Shown piece after piece: positions 28,261 through 40,010 of a DNA stretch of 64,000 bases. Position 1 is the first letter of the stretch; the number at the start of each line of letters is the position of its first letter. The stretch lies in the NCBI GenBank assembly GCA_965204375.1, contig OZ241986.1, positions 4,448,001-4,512,000 of the forward strand, given 5' to 3'. Source of the stretch: Candidatus Latescibacterota bacterium. GTDB lineage: Bacteria; Latescibacterota; UBA2968. Both the position numbers and the translations under genes were made by a program. Below the pieces are notes generated by a model. The model was not told the DNA's origin, made no database searches, and was given only the letters and a program-made list of their open reading frames with translations.

Positions 28261-30084
28261 CTAATAATCGGAGTAGAAGAAGTGACGATAATCGACAATC
28301 TCGGCATTCTCTCGCAAATCGGCAAACCAGGCAGTGAAAACCTCCTGGCGTTTTTGTGAAAGCACCTGCTGCAATAACGTCCCTTTTGCCGACCCTAAAC
28401 CCGTTTCATCAACAGATTGTCTTTCCTCCACGCGCAAAATATAAGCCCCGCGGTCAGTCTTGACGACCTCGCTGGTCTGACCCGTTGACAAACGAAATGC
28501 CGCGCCCACAAAAGCATTGCGACTGCCCACACTGGGAACAAAGCCCGTGCGCGCAAAAGACTGCGGTGTCTGAACCGTGAGATTGAAAAACTCGGCTGCC
28601 TCTTCGAGTGATTTGCCCGTCTTGATCTGCCCCATCACCTCGGCCAGCCGACCGGCGGCAACCTCGACCTTCTTTTTATTTATCAAACTCGCCTCAATCT
28701 GCGGTTTAACCTCGTCCAGAGGCTGGGGACCTGCCTCGCGGATCTCCCGCAAAGCGAAAACGTGGATGCCCTGGTCATTTTCATAAACACTGGAAACATC
28801 ACCCGGAGAACCGCGCAGGAATTTATTGACCAACCCCGACGTACTATTGCCCAGCAAGGGGAAAAAGCTGCCAGCGGTAATAAACTCCGAGTCCTGACTC
28901 TGCAAATCCCTCTGATTGACAGCTGCGTCAAACCCGATATCTTCGGCTATCTCTGCAAACTCTTCGACAACCACGCGCAAACTATCGAGCGTATCGCGCC
29001 CGGGACGCACCTCAATGAGAATATGCCGCGCGTGAACCTCAAGGCTATCAGCCGCGCCTCTCGTCTCCTCCACCTTAATAACATGCCAGCCAAACTGCGT
29101 TTTGACCGGATCGGATATTTCCCCCGCATTGAGCGCGAAAGCTGCATCTTCAAAAGGCTTGACCATGCGACCTCGCCCAAAGAAGCCGAGATCGCCACCG
29201 CGCGGGCCACTTGGCCCATCGGAATACACCCTGGCGAGTTCGGCAAAATCATCACCGGCTTTGGCCTCGGCGAAAACCCGATCAATCTCGGCTTTGGCTT
29301 CGGCCTCATCGCGTGCGGTTGCCGTTTTTTGCAACGAAACAAAAGCGACGCGCACGGCGGCATCTTCCTGGTATTCATCCCGATGCGCTTCGTAATAAGT
29401 TTGAATCTCAGCATCCGCGACCAGCGCGAGCGAGTCGGGAATGGCATTGACATCAAAGCCGACATAAGACACGCGCACTTTTTCGTTCTGTTCGATATAC
29501 GCCTGCTCAATCTCCGCATCGGAAACTTTGACCGAACCAACAATAAGGGTCTCGAGCTTTTGCGAAAGCAACTGGCTTCGCGCATTCTCTTCGGCAAACA
29601 GAACAAACTGCTTCATTCGGGGATCGCTGTACGTGCTGGGATCGTCGAGAAACTGGTTATATTTAGCGGGATCAAATGTACCGTCAGTCTGGAAAAATTC
29701 TTGTTGTTGTATCCACTCAGCGGGTTGTGTGCGGTTGATGTGATCGACCTCAGCATCGGAAACCGCAATACCGTATTTGTCAATCTGTTGCCCAAACAGG
29801 GTTTGCGTAACCACGCGTTCCCACGTCTGAGAAATAATCTGACTGACATCGGGATCTTCATTACCCCGCGCTTTGGCCTGCTGAAGATCATTTCGGATTT
29901 CGGCTTCAAACTGCTTGACAGAAATATCCTGACCATTCACAGAACCGATATTGTCACCAACAGCGGCAAACCCCCGACTGCTAAAATCAGCCCCCCATTC
30001 AAACACCATAAGGCCGACAAAAGCAACAGCAACAATAATCATCATCGCCTTGATAAAAGTAGCACTACGCATTTGAGCGAGCAT
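28261..30084 (-). CDS. PpiD/SurA-like parvulin peptidyl-prolyl isomerase
   Basis: N-terminal membrane anchor, SurA_N-like region, [35 protein letters not shown]. Confidence 0.92.
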   Translation of the reverse strand: MLAQMRSATFIKAMMIIVAVAFVGLMVFEWGADFSSRGFAAVGDNIGSVNGQDISVKQFEAEIRNDLQQAKARGNEDPDVSQIISQTWERVVTQTLFGQQIDKYGIAVSDAEVDHINRTQPAEWIQQQEFFQTDGTFDPAKYNQFLDDPSTYSDPRMKQFVLFAEENARSQLLSQKLETLIVGSVKVSDAEIEQAYIEQNEKVRVSYVGFDVNAIPDSLALVADAEIQTYYEAHRDEYQEDAAVRVAFVSLQKTATARDEAEAKAEIDRVFAEAKAGDDFAELARVYSDGPSGPRGGDLGFFGRGRMVKPFEDAAFALNAGEISDPVKTQFGWHVIKVEETRGAADSLEVHARHILIEVRPGRDTLDSLRVVVEEFAEIAEDIGFDAAVNQRDLQSQDSEFITAGSFFPLLGNSTSGLVNKFLRGSPGDVSSVYENDQGIHVFALREIREAGPQPLDEVKPQIEASLINKKKVEVAAGRLAEVMGQIKTGKSLEEAAEFFNLTVQTPQSFARTGFVPSVGSRNAFVGAAFRLSTGQTSEVVKTDRGAYILRVEERQSVDETGLGSAKGTLLQQVLSQKRQEVFTAWFADLRENAEIVDYRHFFYSDY

Positions 30085-30228
30085 TGGGACTTTCCTCCAG
30101 ATAGGATCAGGATTAACAGGATAAACAGGATTGTACAGGATGCCACCCAGCCACACCAGTTTTGTAATCTACTTGTTGGACTTTGTACTGGCAAGGTTTT
30201 TTTATGTAAATGCAAGCAATTCAGCTTC

Positions 30229-30257
30229 TTGACGAGGATGAGCAAAAGCCCTATAAT
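30229..30257 (+). promoter_or_regulatory. Sigma70-type promoter for the M23 peptidase operon
   Basis: TTGACG-N17-TATAAT. Confidence 0.75.
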
Positions 30258-30326
30258 GAAAAGTTAGAAGTGAGAAGTGAGAAGTGAGAAAGCCCCACCC
30301 AACCGCCCAAAGGCGGCACCTCATTC

Positions 30327-30529
30327 CACTTCACACTTCACACTTCACACTTCACACTTCACACTTCACACTTCACACTTCACACTTCACACTTCACACT
30401 TCACACTTCACACTTCACACTTCACACTTCACACTTCACACTTCACACTTCACACTTCACACTTCACACTTCACACTTCACACTTCACACTTCACACTTC
30501 ACACTTCATCCTTCACACTTCACACTTCA
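30327..30529 (+). repeat. Tandem heptamer (CACTTCA) x29, one unit variant
   Basis: 203 bp = 29 units, one TCCTTCA; ends 1 bp before ATG 30531; near-complementary (AGAAGTG)x3 at about 30266-30286. Confidence 0.97.
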
Positions 30530-30530
30530 C

Positions 30531-32540
30531 ATGCTCCGCATATCTGCCATAACTTATATTCTCCTATCCTTCATCACCACTGCACACGCAGAAAATTATC
30601 ACTGGCCCATGGATGCCCCCCCGGCATTGACATCGACCTTTGGCGAATACCGGGGGGGGCGATTGCACGCGGCCATTGACCTGAAAACCTATGGCAAAGA
30701 AGGGTATCCCATAACAGCGATTGCCGATGGGTACGTCTGGCGGGTCCGCACATCGCCCTGGGGATACGGGCGAGTGGTATATGTACAACTCGACAACGGC
30801 AAGTTCGCACTCTGGGCGCACTTATCGGGATTTTCCAAACGCATCGAAAAATACGTCCAGCAAGAACAAGACCGCCGCGGAACATACAGCGTAAACCTGT
30901 ATTTTCGCCCCGATCAAATCCCCGTCAAACGCGGAGAAGTATTGGGCTATTCGGGCAGCACGGGCATTGGCGTACCGCATCTGCACTTCGAATTGCGCGA
31001 CGCAAAACACCGCCCCATCAATCCCCTGCTCCATGGATTTGATATCAAAGACACCATACCCCCAACCATACAGGCGATCGGCCTCGTACCCTTAAACGCA
31101 AATGCACGGGTCAAAGGCAGACACAAGCCAGTGTCACATCGCCTCGCCTATCGAAAAAAAGAAAAGATCTTCACACATCCCGATACCATATCAGTCTGGG
31201 GACCTATTGGTATTGGCCTGAAAGCGTTTGACCGCGCAAATGACTCGCAACTAACAAATCGATTGGCCCCTTATCGCATGCGACTCCTAATAAATGGCGA
31301 AGAGATATTTCAAAAAACCTGTGGCCTGTTTGGATACGACGTAACGCGCCACGGAGAACTCGCCTATGACTTTTACATGAGCCGTCGCGGCCTGGGGCGA
31401 TTTCACAGCATGTATCGCAAACCCGGCAATCGCCTGCCTTTCTACGGCAATTACAAAGTGGGAGCAGGCGTATTATTTGCGGGGACAAAAACCAACGGTG
31501 CGGGGCATGAACTCTCGCCAGGCGTACATCGCCTGCAGATTATTGCTGAAGACGTAAAGGGAAATCGCGCAAAAGCAGTCGTATTTCTTCGGGTGCAGAA
31601 CGCGGATAAAATATTCCCCTCAAAAAATTCACCACAGCACACCCCAAAAATAACCAGCAAAATATCGTATTTCCCCACCTTCGCAGTTATCGACATCGCA
31701 ACCACTCAGACCCTATCAGAAACACCAATCGTCCGAGCACAACTTTCCAAACAATGGACGCGAACCCTCGCAGTTCAACAGACAGGTTTGAAAACATATC
31801 AGACTATCATCCCATTTGATGAAAAGCACGCCGACGACATAGACCTGCAAATTGAAACAAACGGACAAACACAGAAACTGCAAATCACCCAGCAAACCGT
31901 CACACCAGATGGCGGAGAAATGCGCTCGGATGACGGATTGGTGCGGGTGCGATTTGAGAAAGAAGGCGTTTACGAAACCCTATTTGGACGCATAGAGTCC
32001 GAAAGCCAGATAAAGGACAAACGCATGGTGGGAACCGCATTCCGGATAATGCCCGGAGACGTGGCATTCAAAGGGGCAGAAATCGCGTTTATCTATCCTC
32101 CTGATCATCCCAACATAGACAAGCTCGGCATCTATAAATGGAACGGAAGAAACCACTGGACTTTTGTCGATATGGAGCGCAATTCAAAGCAAGGTACTAT
32201 AACGGGAAACGTGCGAAACTTTGGCGTATTTGCATTGCTCGCCGACACTGTACCCCCCAGAATTGCCAGCATAACCCCTGCCAACGGCACAGTACTCACA
32301 CAGCGCCAACCCAGAGTTGCAGCTTCTGTGTGGGATACATCTTCGGGTATCTGGCGAGAGAAAGATATGATCATGCGCATCGACGGCAAAGCGCTCATTG
32401 TGGAATACGACCCGGAAGAAAATCGCATCTTTGCCAAACCGCGAAAACCCCTGCCTCCCGGATCGCACAAACTGGAAGTTATCATACGCGACATCTGTGG
32501 CAATGAATCGCGGCGCACCACCACATTCAGGACCAAATAG
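30531..32540 (+). CDS. M23-family metallopeptidase with a C-terminal Ig-like domain
   Basis: Signal peptide, TFGEYR..HAAIDLK, GYSGSTG..PHLHFELRD, DTVPPRI. Confidence 0.92.
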   Translation: MLRISAITYILLSFITTAHAENYHWPMDAPPALTSTFGEYRGGRLHAAIDLKTYGKEGYPITAIADGYVWRVRTSPWGYGRVVYVQLDNGKFALWAHLSGFSKRIEKYVQQEQDRRGTYSVNLYFRPDQIPVKRGEVLGYSGSTGIGVPHLHFELRDAKHRPINPLLHGFDIKDTIPPTIQAIGLVPLNANARVKGRHKPVSHRLAYRKKEKIFTHPDTISVWGPIGIGLKAFDRANDSQLTNRLAPYRMRLLINGEEIFQKTCGLFGYDVTRHGELAYDFYMSRRGLGRFHSMYRKPGNRLPFYGNYKVGAGVLFAGTKTNGAGHELSPGVHRLQIIAEDVKGNRAKAVVFLRVQNADKIFPSKNSPQHTPKITSKISYFPTFAVIDIATTQTLSETPIVRAQLSKQWTRTLAVQQTGLKTYQTIIPFDEKHADDIDLQIETNGQTQKLQITQQTVTPDGGEMRSDDGLVRVRFEKEGVYETLFGRIESESQIKDKRMVGTAFRIMPGDVAFKGAEIAFIYPPDHPNIDKLGIYKWNGRNHWTFVDMERNSKQGTITGNVRNFGVFALLADTVPPRIASITPANGTVLTQRQPRVAASVWDTSSGIWREKDMIMRIDGKALIVEYDPEENRIFAKPRKPLPPGSHKLEVIIRDICGNESRRTTTFRTK

Positions 32541-32542
32541 CC

Positions 32543-33229
32543 ATGATGATCCCCCTCAAAGACGAACACCCTTCGGGAAGCGTACCCGTATTGGTGATCG
32601 GCATATTGTTGGCCAATGTGGGCATCTTTGCGTACGCCTGGTCATTGGGCGACATCGGATTTCACGTATTTACCGCGCGATATGGGACAATCCCCTTTGA
32701 AATCATGCACGGTGTTGACGCAATCTCTCCCACACCCATCCCCCTGTATCTCACGCTATTATCGTCGATGTTTATGCACGGCGGCATATTACATCTGGGC
32801 GGCAATATGCTGTATCTGTGGATATTTGGGAACAATATAGAAGCCGCGCTGGGACGTACGCGATTCTTGTTTTTCTATTTATTTTGCGGCGTGATCGCAA
32901 CACTATCACATGTGATTTCCGAACCGGAATCCACCATACCGATGGTGGGAGCCAGCGGCGCGATAGCGGGAATATTGGGAGGCTATCTGGCGGCATTTCC
33001 CGGCACGCGAATACTGGTACTCGTATTTTATTTCATCCTCCGCGTACCCGCCCTGATCGTACTCGGCGGATGGTTTGTCATTCAGTTGCTCAACGCCTCA
33101 AGTGCCAGCGGCACAAGCGACGTCGCCTGGTTCGCCCACATTGCCGGATTTGTCGTAGGCTATATACTCATGCGCCAGTGGAAAAACAAAATCCCGGCCA
33201 AAAGAGTATATGAGCAGTGGGAGTATTGA
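32543..33229 (+). CDS. Rhomboid intramembrane serine protease
   Basis: SMFMHGG..HLGGNM.YLWIFG.NIE, VGASGAI, VAWFAHIAGF. Confidence 0.95.
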   Translation: MMIPLKDEHPSGSVPVLVIGILLANVGIFAYAWSLGDIGFHVFTARYGTIPFEIMHGVDAISPTPIPLYLTLLSSMFMHGGILHLGGNMLYLWIFGNNIEAALGRTRFLFFYLFCGVIATLSHVISEPESTIPMVGASGAIAGILGGYLAAFPGTRILVLVFYFILRVPALIVLGGWFVIQLLNASSASGTSDVAWFAHIAGFVVGYILMRQWKNKIPAKRVYEQWEY

Positions 33230-33311
33230 AAGCGGATCAGGATGATCGGGATTAAAGGATGATCAGGATATTTCTCAGCGGTCAGCAAAGCAGGTGCTGT
33301 ACATAAAAACC

Positions 33312-33344
33312 GTCATTGCGGCATGGTTTTGAGCCGCAATCCAG
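33312..33344 (+). repeat. 33-bp REP-like palindrome (inverted partner at 40312-40344)
   Basis: GTCATTGCGGCATGGTTTTGAGCCGCAATCCAG; 32/33 identical to the reverse complement of the partner. Confidence 0.85.
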
Positions 33345-33355
33345 AAGGTTTTTTG

Positions 33356-34618
33356 TCATTCCGCTTGTGAAAGCGTTTCTCCCCACGTTGCAAGGGGAGC
33401 AGCGAGCGCGTCAATAATACATTCTTCGAGTTCTCCCCTATCCTCCAAATCAATTACTGTACTGAGATTCAATTCCCGAGAGACCAAGAACCCCGGTACG
33501 ACATTGAGGCTCTGCCGTTTTGTATTATTGAACTCGGCTTCAATTTTCTCACGATCAGCCGAACGGATAAGATGCTTGCGCTCCCATTTTTTGACCAAGC
33601 GCAATAATTTGTCCCGATCCATTTTCCCATACAACGACCTATACCCATCGGCAAAGTAGTCAAAGTAGTCAAGTGTTTCCCAGGTGGTTTCAGCCCAAAT
33701 CAAGTGCTTGCTCGCAAAGGAGAAATGGAGATTGGGCATGACCTTCCAATCGTTGGACGCTTGCAAGGCAAGAAAAGCATTCTTGTTAACGGTGGCAAAA
33801 AAACGACTGGCCTGTCCGACTGTGTCTGCCGGAGCAAGCTCTACCTTGAGTTTCCCGGATTCCACATGAATCATAATTCTCTCAGCAATTTTATTCGGGC
33901 GAAATAGATAGGCCCCCTTATTATCCTCCCTGCTTTCTATGCGTAACTTCTTGACCAAATCATATACTAGAATGTTTTTCCGCCTACGTAGTGCTTCAGG
34001 TCTCTTACCACAGAGCTTAAAGGTGCGGTAGGGAGTCAATTTAGGATGGACATTTTCCATGAAAGACAAAAAATCGCGAGCAATTCCGCGGGTACAAAAA
34101 CACGCGCGATCAGAGTCGGCATAATTGAACACCCATTCCAGAATCTCCGACCACTCCAAGCATACCGCCGAATCATGTAATCTGATATCGTTAATATCAC
34201 CCCGTAACGAATTTCGGTTCGGCGACAACTGCTCTCTCCACACATTACCATGAGCAAGTTTGTTTTCGATGATCAAGGTCATGCGATCTGGATACTCAAT
34301 AATCCCATCGTATATGGGATCACGCTCTGACCACTCAACCCTTATTGTCTCTTGAATTAGGCTATCGGTAAGTAAAACAGAAACAAAGGGACTGGTAGAA
34401 GATTCAATCCACTTAGTCTGCGTTGAGACGTTCACTGGTTCCCAAGTATTGTTGTAATGCCGGAGTTCGGGAGGTAGCCGAGATTCTATCAGTTCACGCA
34501 GAAAGTTCTGTAAGAACGAATCGTATCTGAGAAATACCAGAAATGCCCAGGTCAAGCGATCTTCATGATGCCTAGACCGTGAATCAAAGGGATTAAACAG
34601 GTTTATGCGGTTCATCAT
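33356..34618 (-). CDS. PD-(D/E)XK nuclease-like protein
   Basis: HEDRLTWAF..., IYDGII...LIIENK...QL catalytic pattern. Confidence 0.65.
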   Translation of the reverse strand: MMNRINLFNPFDSRSRHHEDRLTWAFLVFLRYDSFLQNFLRELIESRLPPELRHYNNTWEPVNVSTQTKWIESSTSPFVSVLLTDSLIQETIRVEWSERDPIYDGIIEYPDRMTLIIENKLAHGNVWREQLSPNRNSLRGDINDIRLHDSAVCLEWSEILEWVFNYADSDRACFCTRGIARDFLSFMENVHPKLTPYRTFKLCGKRPEALRRRKNILVYDLVKKLRIESREDNKGAYLFRPNKIAERIMIHVESGKLKVELAPADTVGQASRFFATVNKNAFLALQASNDWKVMPNLHFSFASKHLIWAETTWETLDYFDYFADGYRSLYGKMDRDKLLRLVKKWERKHLIRSADREKIEAEFNNTKRQSLNVVPGFLVSRELNLSTVIDLEDRGELEECIIDALAAPLATWGETLSQAE

Positions 34619-34694
34619 TTATTTTTCCTAAAAAATTGTGAAATTTTTTATAAATTCAACGCTTGAGCAGAATTGTCGTCCGATGCAGTCCTGA

Positions 34695-35803
34695 TTAGAC
34701 TCCTTTTTCTTTTAAGCTTAGACGCTTTTTGAACTCACTCATTACATCCTCTGGTGACGGAATCTCGCCGCCAGAATCAATAAATAGTGTCGCAAGTGCC
34801 GCAATGTATAGTTCACCAAGTGCAACAGTGAGCGTAGTGGCGGTAGTTGCTGAAATCGCTCCTCCGGCGAAAGTGCCTGCAGCAGGAACGATCTTCAACA
34901 GATTGGCAACGATAGCCCGACCAGCAAAAGTAGCACCTGTTGTACCAGCCATAGTTGCAACGAGAGTGCTAAGGAAGGCGGCAGAGAGTTCCAGCCCGAA
35001 GGCAGACGATATACTGGCAAGCATTCCAATCTGAATGGGGATTAGGAGCGCTGCATCAGCAAATGGTATAGGTGCTGCGCCTGTCGCACCTGCCGCTACT
35101 GCCGCTGCAATGACAATCTTGTGTGCTTCACTCTTTTTCTTTTCGACCGACGCCTTTTGAGCAGCCGCAAATGCACGCCGAACAGCGTCCGGAATTACCT
35201 CCATCGTCAATTCCACAAGCTCAATCAAACCCATTGGTGGAATAACATGGCCATCGTCTAATTTCTCAGCTAAAGCGCGAACCCGGACAACATTTTTTGT
35301 CTCTGGTAGAAGGCGCTGAACTTCATCTCTAAAGCCCTGGTCAGCGCGTGCTTTTGTGATGACACCAATGACTGGCATATGGTTTGCCAAGGTCTTATGA
35401 AGCTCAATCTCTGCCTCTTCGACGCGCCTGCCATCTTCATGAATGCACAACCATGCAACGTGGATATGCCTTTTAAAGTCTGTTTCTCCTGCACGTGAGA
35501 TTACAAGTTGCTCCAGTTCATCTATGGTTTCTTTAAAATCTTTCAATTCCAGCCCTCTGGTATCCCATATCGCCAATGGAATACCTTCTTTTGTTATCTC
35601 ACGAGTAAATTGGGTAACCGGACGTCCTTGCCCTGTACTGGCCATCTTTCCTTGAAATATCTCATTTATCAATGTGCTTTTCCCGACGCCAGTGCGACCA
35701 GCAATCAGAACATTAACCTGGCCGAGTTCTCCTCTGGTTTTTTTTAATGCCTCTTCAATCATCTCCGCTATGTTTAAATCTGAAAAGTCCTTTGGGCGTG
35801 TCA
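34695..35803 (-). CDS. TRAFAC-class GTPase with a DUF697/YcjF-like membrane C-terminus
   Basis: GRTGVGKST, DTRG, ITKA; APIPFADA..L.PIQI.M DUF697 motif; start at MTRPK after AGGAG. Confidence 0.85.
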
Positions 35804-36158
35804 TTGGATATTTCTCCTTAATAAACGTCATATGTGACTTCAAATCGACCAAGTTTAGGTTGTGCAATTAGACACACGTTTGCGTTAGTATAAAAAAAAT
35901 ATATATCATGTGCAACTTTGAAATTGTAAAACATCATACCATCGCTGTCTGGATCAATGGCCTTCACCAATGCATGCCATCGAACTCTGGTCCTGAGACA
36001 GGACCGATAAGACATCCGTGTAAAGACTTGTATAAGATTGTAAATCAAAAAATTTCAAATGATGTTTCTATTTAGAGTCAAAGAGGTTTCCAGACACCAG
36101 CTATGTTCAGCTATCTATATGAAAATGCCTCATATAGAGTGTCGCAGGTTAATCTCTA

Positions 36159-39100
36159 CTAATCATAAAAAATATCACGCTCAGCCTCACGCTCCGCTTC
36201 TCGTTCGTATCTTTCGGCAAATTCTCGCATAGCATCCGCAAAACGCGAATAGCCCTTAGAGCGAATAGCCTTAGCTTTGTCATGATTTAGCTGTGCAAGT
36301 TCGCGTTCCTCTCTTCCAGCAGTATAGCTATAAACGCCTCTTTGATTAAACAACTCCGTAGTGAACCCCGAGCGCATCTCTTCCGCATCCCTACCATCCA
36401 GCACCGAAGCGACAGCCTCGTGAATCCAAAGTCCATCAGGGCCATCAAGATCAGCGGGTGCATGTGTTAATATATGACCAATCTGAAGTTGTGCCACCTC
36501 CCCGTGTCCTGTCTCTTCAGTAATTCTCCTGGCCTCGTTTATCCAAGTGTTAAAGGCATCGACATCCAGCGTACCGTCGGGCAGAGTCCCAGGACACTTT
36601 TTCCACTCTCTCAGTAAATTATATGCGTTGCGGCCAAAATTCTGCTTTTGTTCATCCGGTTCAACATCTTCCTCTTCATCGTTCTTTGAATGAAAAACAA
36701 TCTTCACAATTTCTGCAAAGAAAGCTGGGTCTGAAGCAAGGTGTTTCTCAAGTGTAATTGGAGAACCGGAGGAGAACCGGTCTAACCAGGGTAAAAAGTG
36801 CCATTCGATTTTGAATAAGGCATCCTGGTCGGTATCTGGCGATTTTTGAAGGCGTTTGATTAATTCGACTGTAGTGTAGTAGTCCAACTGGTCAGGGGCC
36901 GACGAGGCTTCGAGCAAGGCTAACAATGCCTCTGTAGCAAGACTCACGTCGAACTGGTTATCGTATATCGCAGTTCTCGAAATACACTCGACGGCAGCAT
37001 TTGCTCGCCCATATTTGAGGAATTTTTGGATCGCAATCGTCGGATTTTGGTCAAAGCCTACTCTCGTCTTCTGCCAATAGAGCTTCTCATTTTGTTTGCC
37101 CAAATGTACGGAAACCCTATGCCAGACTTTTTCCTCAAAAGGCAAGAGCATGAGGAATGTAGCTTTTTGTTCTGCATTCCAATTTCTTTTAAGAACAGCG
37201 TCAACCCAGGTCCACTTAAGTTCTCGATACCGCATCCACACGAAGCCAGCTACAACCTGCCTCATCGTTTCATCCTCAGTATTCAGTTGCGTCGGTAGAA
37301 TCTCGTCCTCTACCTCCGTCGGGGCTATAACACCCAGCGCTCGTCCAACCTCATAGGGTGCCGGTACGCTTTGTGCAAACGCCAGTACGGCAGGCAAACC
37401 TCCCGTTTCAAAGATAGTTTTCACAGCAGACTGGCGGGCTTCGTCAAGACGTTTTTGTTGTTCGTCATAATCACTATTTTCGTCGAATAGATCGAAATCC
37501 CGATCACTAAAAAGATAGTGATACTTTAACTCCGGGGCTTGCGGCACCAACGCATTCGCGGTCTCTTCAATTTTTTTAACTACTTCCTCAGGAAGTGCCC
37601 AATCAGCGTCAGAAAACCTTCGGTGGTGTCGCACTAAACTTTCGAGTTTCTCCCAAATCGGGAGTCGTTCAGCCTCGGGTAATGCCACAACTTCTTCTGA
37701 TGTGAGATGGAGAAGAATTCTCTCCTGAGCAGGCTCTGACAAATCCGAAAGACGGTTTATCAGTTCACCTAATTTCTCAGTATCTTTCTTTCCGAGATCA
37801 ATCGCAAGTTCAGTGTAGGCTGTGATCTGTTCCCAATACTCGCTCAGGAGGACACTATTCTTCCAGTCGCGAGGAATATATTCTTGCCAGGTAGGACGAT
37901 GGCATCCGCTTGTAAATTCATGACTATGTGGTAAGAGAGATAAAAGCAGATGCCAGCCGATCAGCGGTTGTTCACGGAGCACAGTTTTAACCGCAGTCTT
38001 TCGTTCCTCAAAGGAGGCTACTGTCTGCACAAGCCACGGTATGAAGATGGTGGCTAACGAATTGGCGGGACGATTCCCCCAGTTTCCGCCCGGATCAATT
38101 GATGCAAGATCGGCAAGGATCAGCGCCACCCGCGACAGGTAATCGGGGTTCCAGACCAATCCTTCAAGTGCCCACAGAAGACCACTTATGTAAGTTCCAC
38201 CGTCAAAACTACCACTTCCTTCTTGAGCAAAAATCTCATGAAACGGAGTATTCTTCAGATCGACCAGAGCCAATTCGACCGCTTTGAGAAACTCGTCAGG
38301 CGCAGCTTCTGCCAGCAATGGTAAAAGCAAATCCAAGCTACTCCATTGGTCCCAACTTGCGTTGCGCAGCAAGCATCGAACAACACGATTAGCCGTGTTT
38401 TCAGCTTTATGGAGCGAACAAGAAGAAAGAAATTTTGGCCGACTCCCGACTAATGCGAGTGTTTCAGCAAGACCTTCTCTCAAAAGGCTGGAGTGTTTCA
38501 GGGTTTTGTTATGAATAGCGGCGGCGTATCGTTCTTCTTTCGGTAAGTCGAACTGTGGGTCCCGTTCTCCCAACACGACAACTGCAGTCTCTTCAAGCCT
38601 ATCCAGATCGTCATCCGTGATGCGATTGCCCAGTGCGTTCCACGCTTCACCACGCGCAACGAACCGCCACTTCTCATCGGATTGAATCAGGGGAGAGTCC
38701 GAGCGAATTACATCAGGTCTCAGAGTCTCGATCCACTCCCCGTATCCTTTTCCCTGCAACATCTCCAAAGCAGACCGATCCGCCTGATTTTTTGCATCCC
38801 ATTTTCCAGCAAGCCCGGCTTGTGCAAACCGATCTGCATTTTCCCAGTTCGCATACGGAGGCAGTGTCCCAAGGCCCTGTAAATGTCTCCTCAGAGCGGA
38901 AAGTCTATCTCCTCCTGCTCTCGCCAGTTCTTGAGCACGAATCTCTGGATATCCTGCTTCATTAAGTACTGCCTCGATCTGCGATTGCGTCGGGCTTCGT
39001 AGTTTGATGATTTCAGGGTTGTTGCCTGACCAAGCCCCACATAGTGGAATGATTACAGCATGTCCCTTCTGTCGGGCTTTTGACAGAAGGTGGGATCCCG

Positions 39101-40010
39101 CATCGGTCTCCAGTCCGAGCTGCGGATCAGCTACCAATACATGTGATGTTCGTAACTCCACGACGCTTAGCCAAGCGTCCTCTTCGTTGATGTAAAGACA
39201 TCGGTTGGTGTAGTTTTGCGCCATCTCCAGATCTATTGTCTCAAGATATGCCGCAACAAAATCGGCTACATCTTGACGGCTCTCGGCAAACAATAGCAGT
39301 GGCGTTTGAGATGTGTCTTCAAACAATTTTTGTAAGGCTTCGTAAGCATTGTCGCGGCCTAACGTGAATAACTTAGCAGGCAAGGGCGGATCGCTTTTGT
39401 CGCCTTCCAAACATATCAGATCCCAATGCTCAGATGGGGTAGTAATTGCGCCTAAATTGGAGGCAATGCCGATTTTTTTCGCTATCCACCTACCGATAGC
39501 TGGAAACTCTCTAACCCAATCGGCGAGTTTATCGCCGTCAATAATGTGAATCCGTTTCCAGCCTCTATCTTTTCTTTTTTCCTTCCATCTTGTTTGTCCA
39601 GGCTCATTCCATCCACCGGAAGCAGAAGATCGTGGCGTCACAAAAACAAATGATGCCTGTGATCGATCTGCCTTGGTAATCGCCGCTGTTCTTTTCTTAA
39701 AGTCCTCAGTCGCCTTGTTCTGCGGGTTTCTCTCTGTACTGATCTCCCAATACGATTTTCCTTTCGGAACGAATTCAAGAAACGACTCTTCGATTTCGAC
39801 GATCCCATCCCAACCCGGCTGATTAACCTTATCCCCGTAAGGAATGCGGCAAACATAGGGCGGCGGCTCCGATTGTTTCACAAGCCAATAGATCAATTCT
39901 GGGATAACTGCCTCGCTATCTCGAGTATCCGAGTATCGATCCAAATCGTTGACCGTAACGATATGGGTATGATCCATCTTGTCCTCTATTGGTTGTAACT
40001 TAACGACCAT
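36159..40010 (-). CDS. Large hypothetical protein: REase-like N-terminus and long helical C-terminus (likely start near 39977)
   Basis: PGWDG...SYWEIS...FVFVTPR...IIDGDKL.DW; no intact Walker A seen; 1283-aa open frame. Confidence 0.6.
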   Translation of the reverse strand: MVVKLQPIEDKMDHTHIVTVNDLDRYSDTRDSEAVIPELIYWLVKQSEPPPYVCRIPYGDKVNQPGWDGIVEIEESFLEFVPKGKSYWEISTERNPQNKATEDFKKRTAAITKADRSQASFVFVTPRSSASGGWNEPGQTRWKEKRKDRGWKRIHIIDGDKLADWVREFPAIGRWIAKKIGIASNLGAITTPSEHWDLICLEGDKSDPPLPAKLFTLGRDNAYEALQKLFEDTSQTPLLLFAESRQDVADFVAAYLETIDLEMAQNYTNRCLYINEEDAWLSVVELRTSHVLVADPQLGLETDAGSHLLSKARQKGHAVIIPLCGAWSGNNPEIIKLRSPTQSQIEAVLNEAGYPEIRAQELARAGGDRLSALRRHLQGLGTLPPYANWENADRFAQAGLAGKWDAKNQADRSALEMLQGKGYGEWIETLRPDVIRSDSPLIQSDEKWRFVARGEAWNALGNRITDDDLDRLEETAVVVLGERDPQFDLPKEERYAAAIHNKTLKHSSLLREGLAETLALVGSRPKFLSSCSLHKAENTANRVVRCLLRNASWDQWSSLDLLLPLLAEAAPDEFLKAVELALVDLKNTPFHEIFAQEGSGSFDGGTYISGLLWALEGLVWNPDYLSRVALILADLASIDPGGNWGNRPANSLATIFIPWLVQTVASFEERKTAVKTVLREQPLIGWHLLLSLLPHSHEFTSGCHRPTWQEYIPRDWKNSVLLSEYWEQITAYTELAIDLGKKDTEKLGELINRLSDLSEPAQERILLHLTSEEVVALPEAERLPIWEKLESLVRHHRRFSDADWALPEEVVKKIEETANALVPQAPELKYHYLFSDRDFDLFDENSDYDEQQKRLDEARQSAVKTIFETGGLPAVLAFAQSVPAPYEVGRALGVIAPTEVEDEILPTQLNTEDETMRQVVAGFVWMRYRELKWTWVDAVLKRNWNAEQKATFLMLLPFEEKVWHRVSVHLGKQNEKLYWQKTRVGFDQNPTIAIQKFLKYGRANAAVECISRTAIYDNQFDVSLATEALLALLEASSAPDQLDYYTTVELIKRLQKSPDTDQDALFKIEWHFLPWLDRFSSGSPITLEKHLASDPAFFAEIVKIVFHSKNDEEEDVEPDEQKQNFGRNAYNLLREWKKCPGTLPDGTLDVDAFNTWINEARRITEETGHGEVAQLQIGHILTHAPADLDGPDGLWIHEAVASVLDGRDAEEMRSGFTTELFNQRGVYSYTAGREERELAQLNHDKAKAIRSKGYSRFADAMREFAERYEREAEREAERDIFYD

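Noticed and set aside
28762-30267. 501-aa plus-strand ORF (likewise 44075-45199, 51269-52123, 59969-61060)
   Set aside because: Antisense shadows of well-supported genes, with no motifs of their own
30277-30679. HTSHFTL-repeat proteins
   Set aside because: Artefact of translating the stop-free CACTTCA tandem repeat
30098-33270. CAGGAT-type short repeats at about 30100-30140 and 33234-33268 as a system
   Set aside because: Short degenerate low-complexity repeats with no associated gene or defined ends
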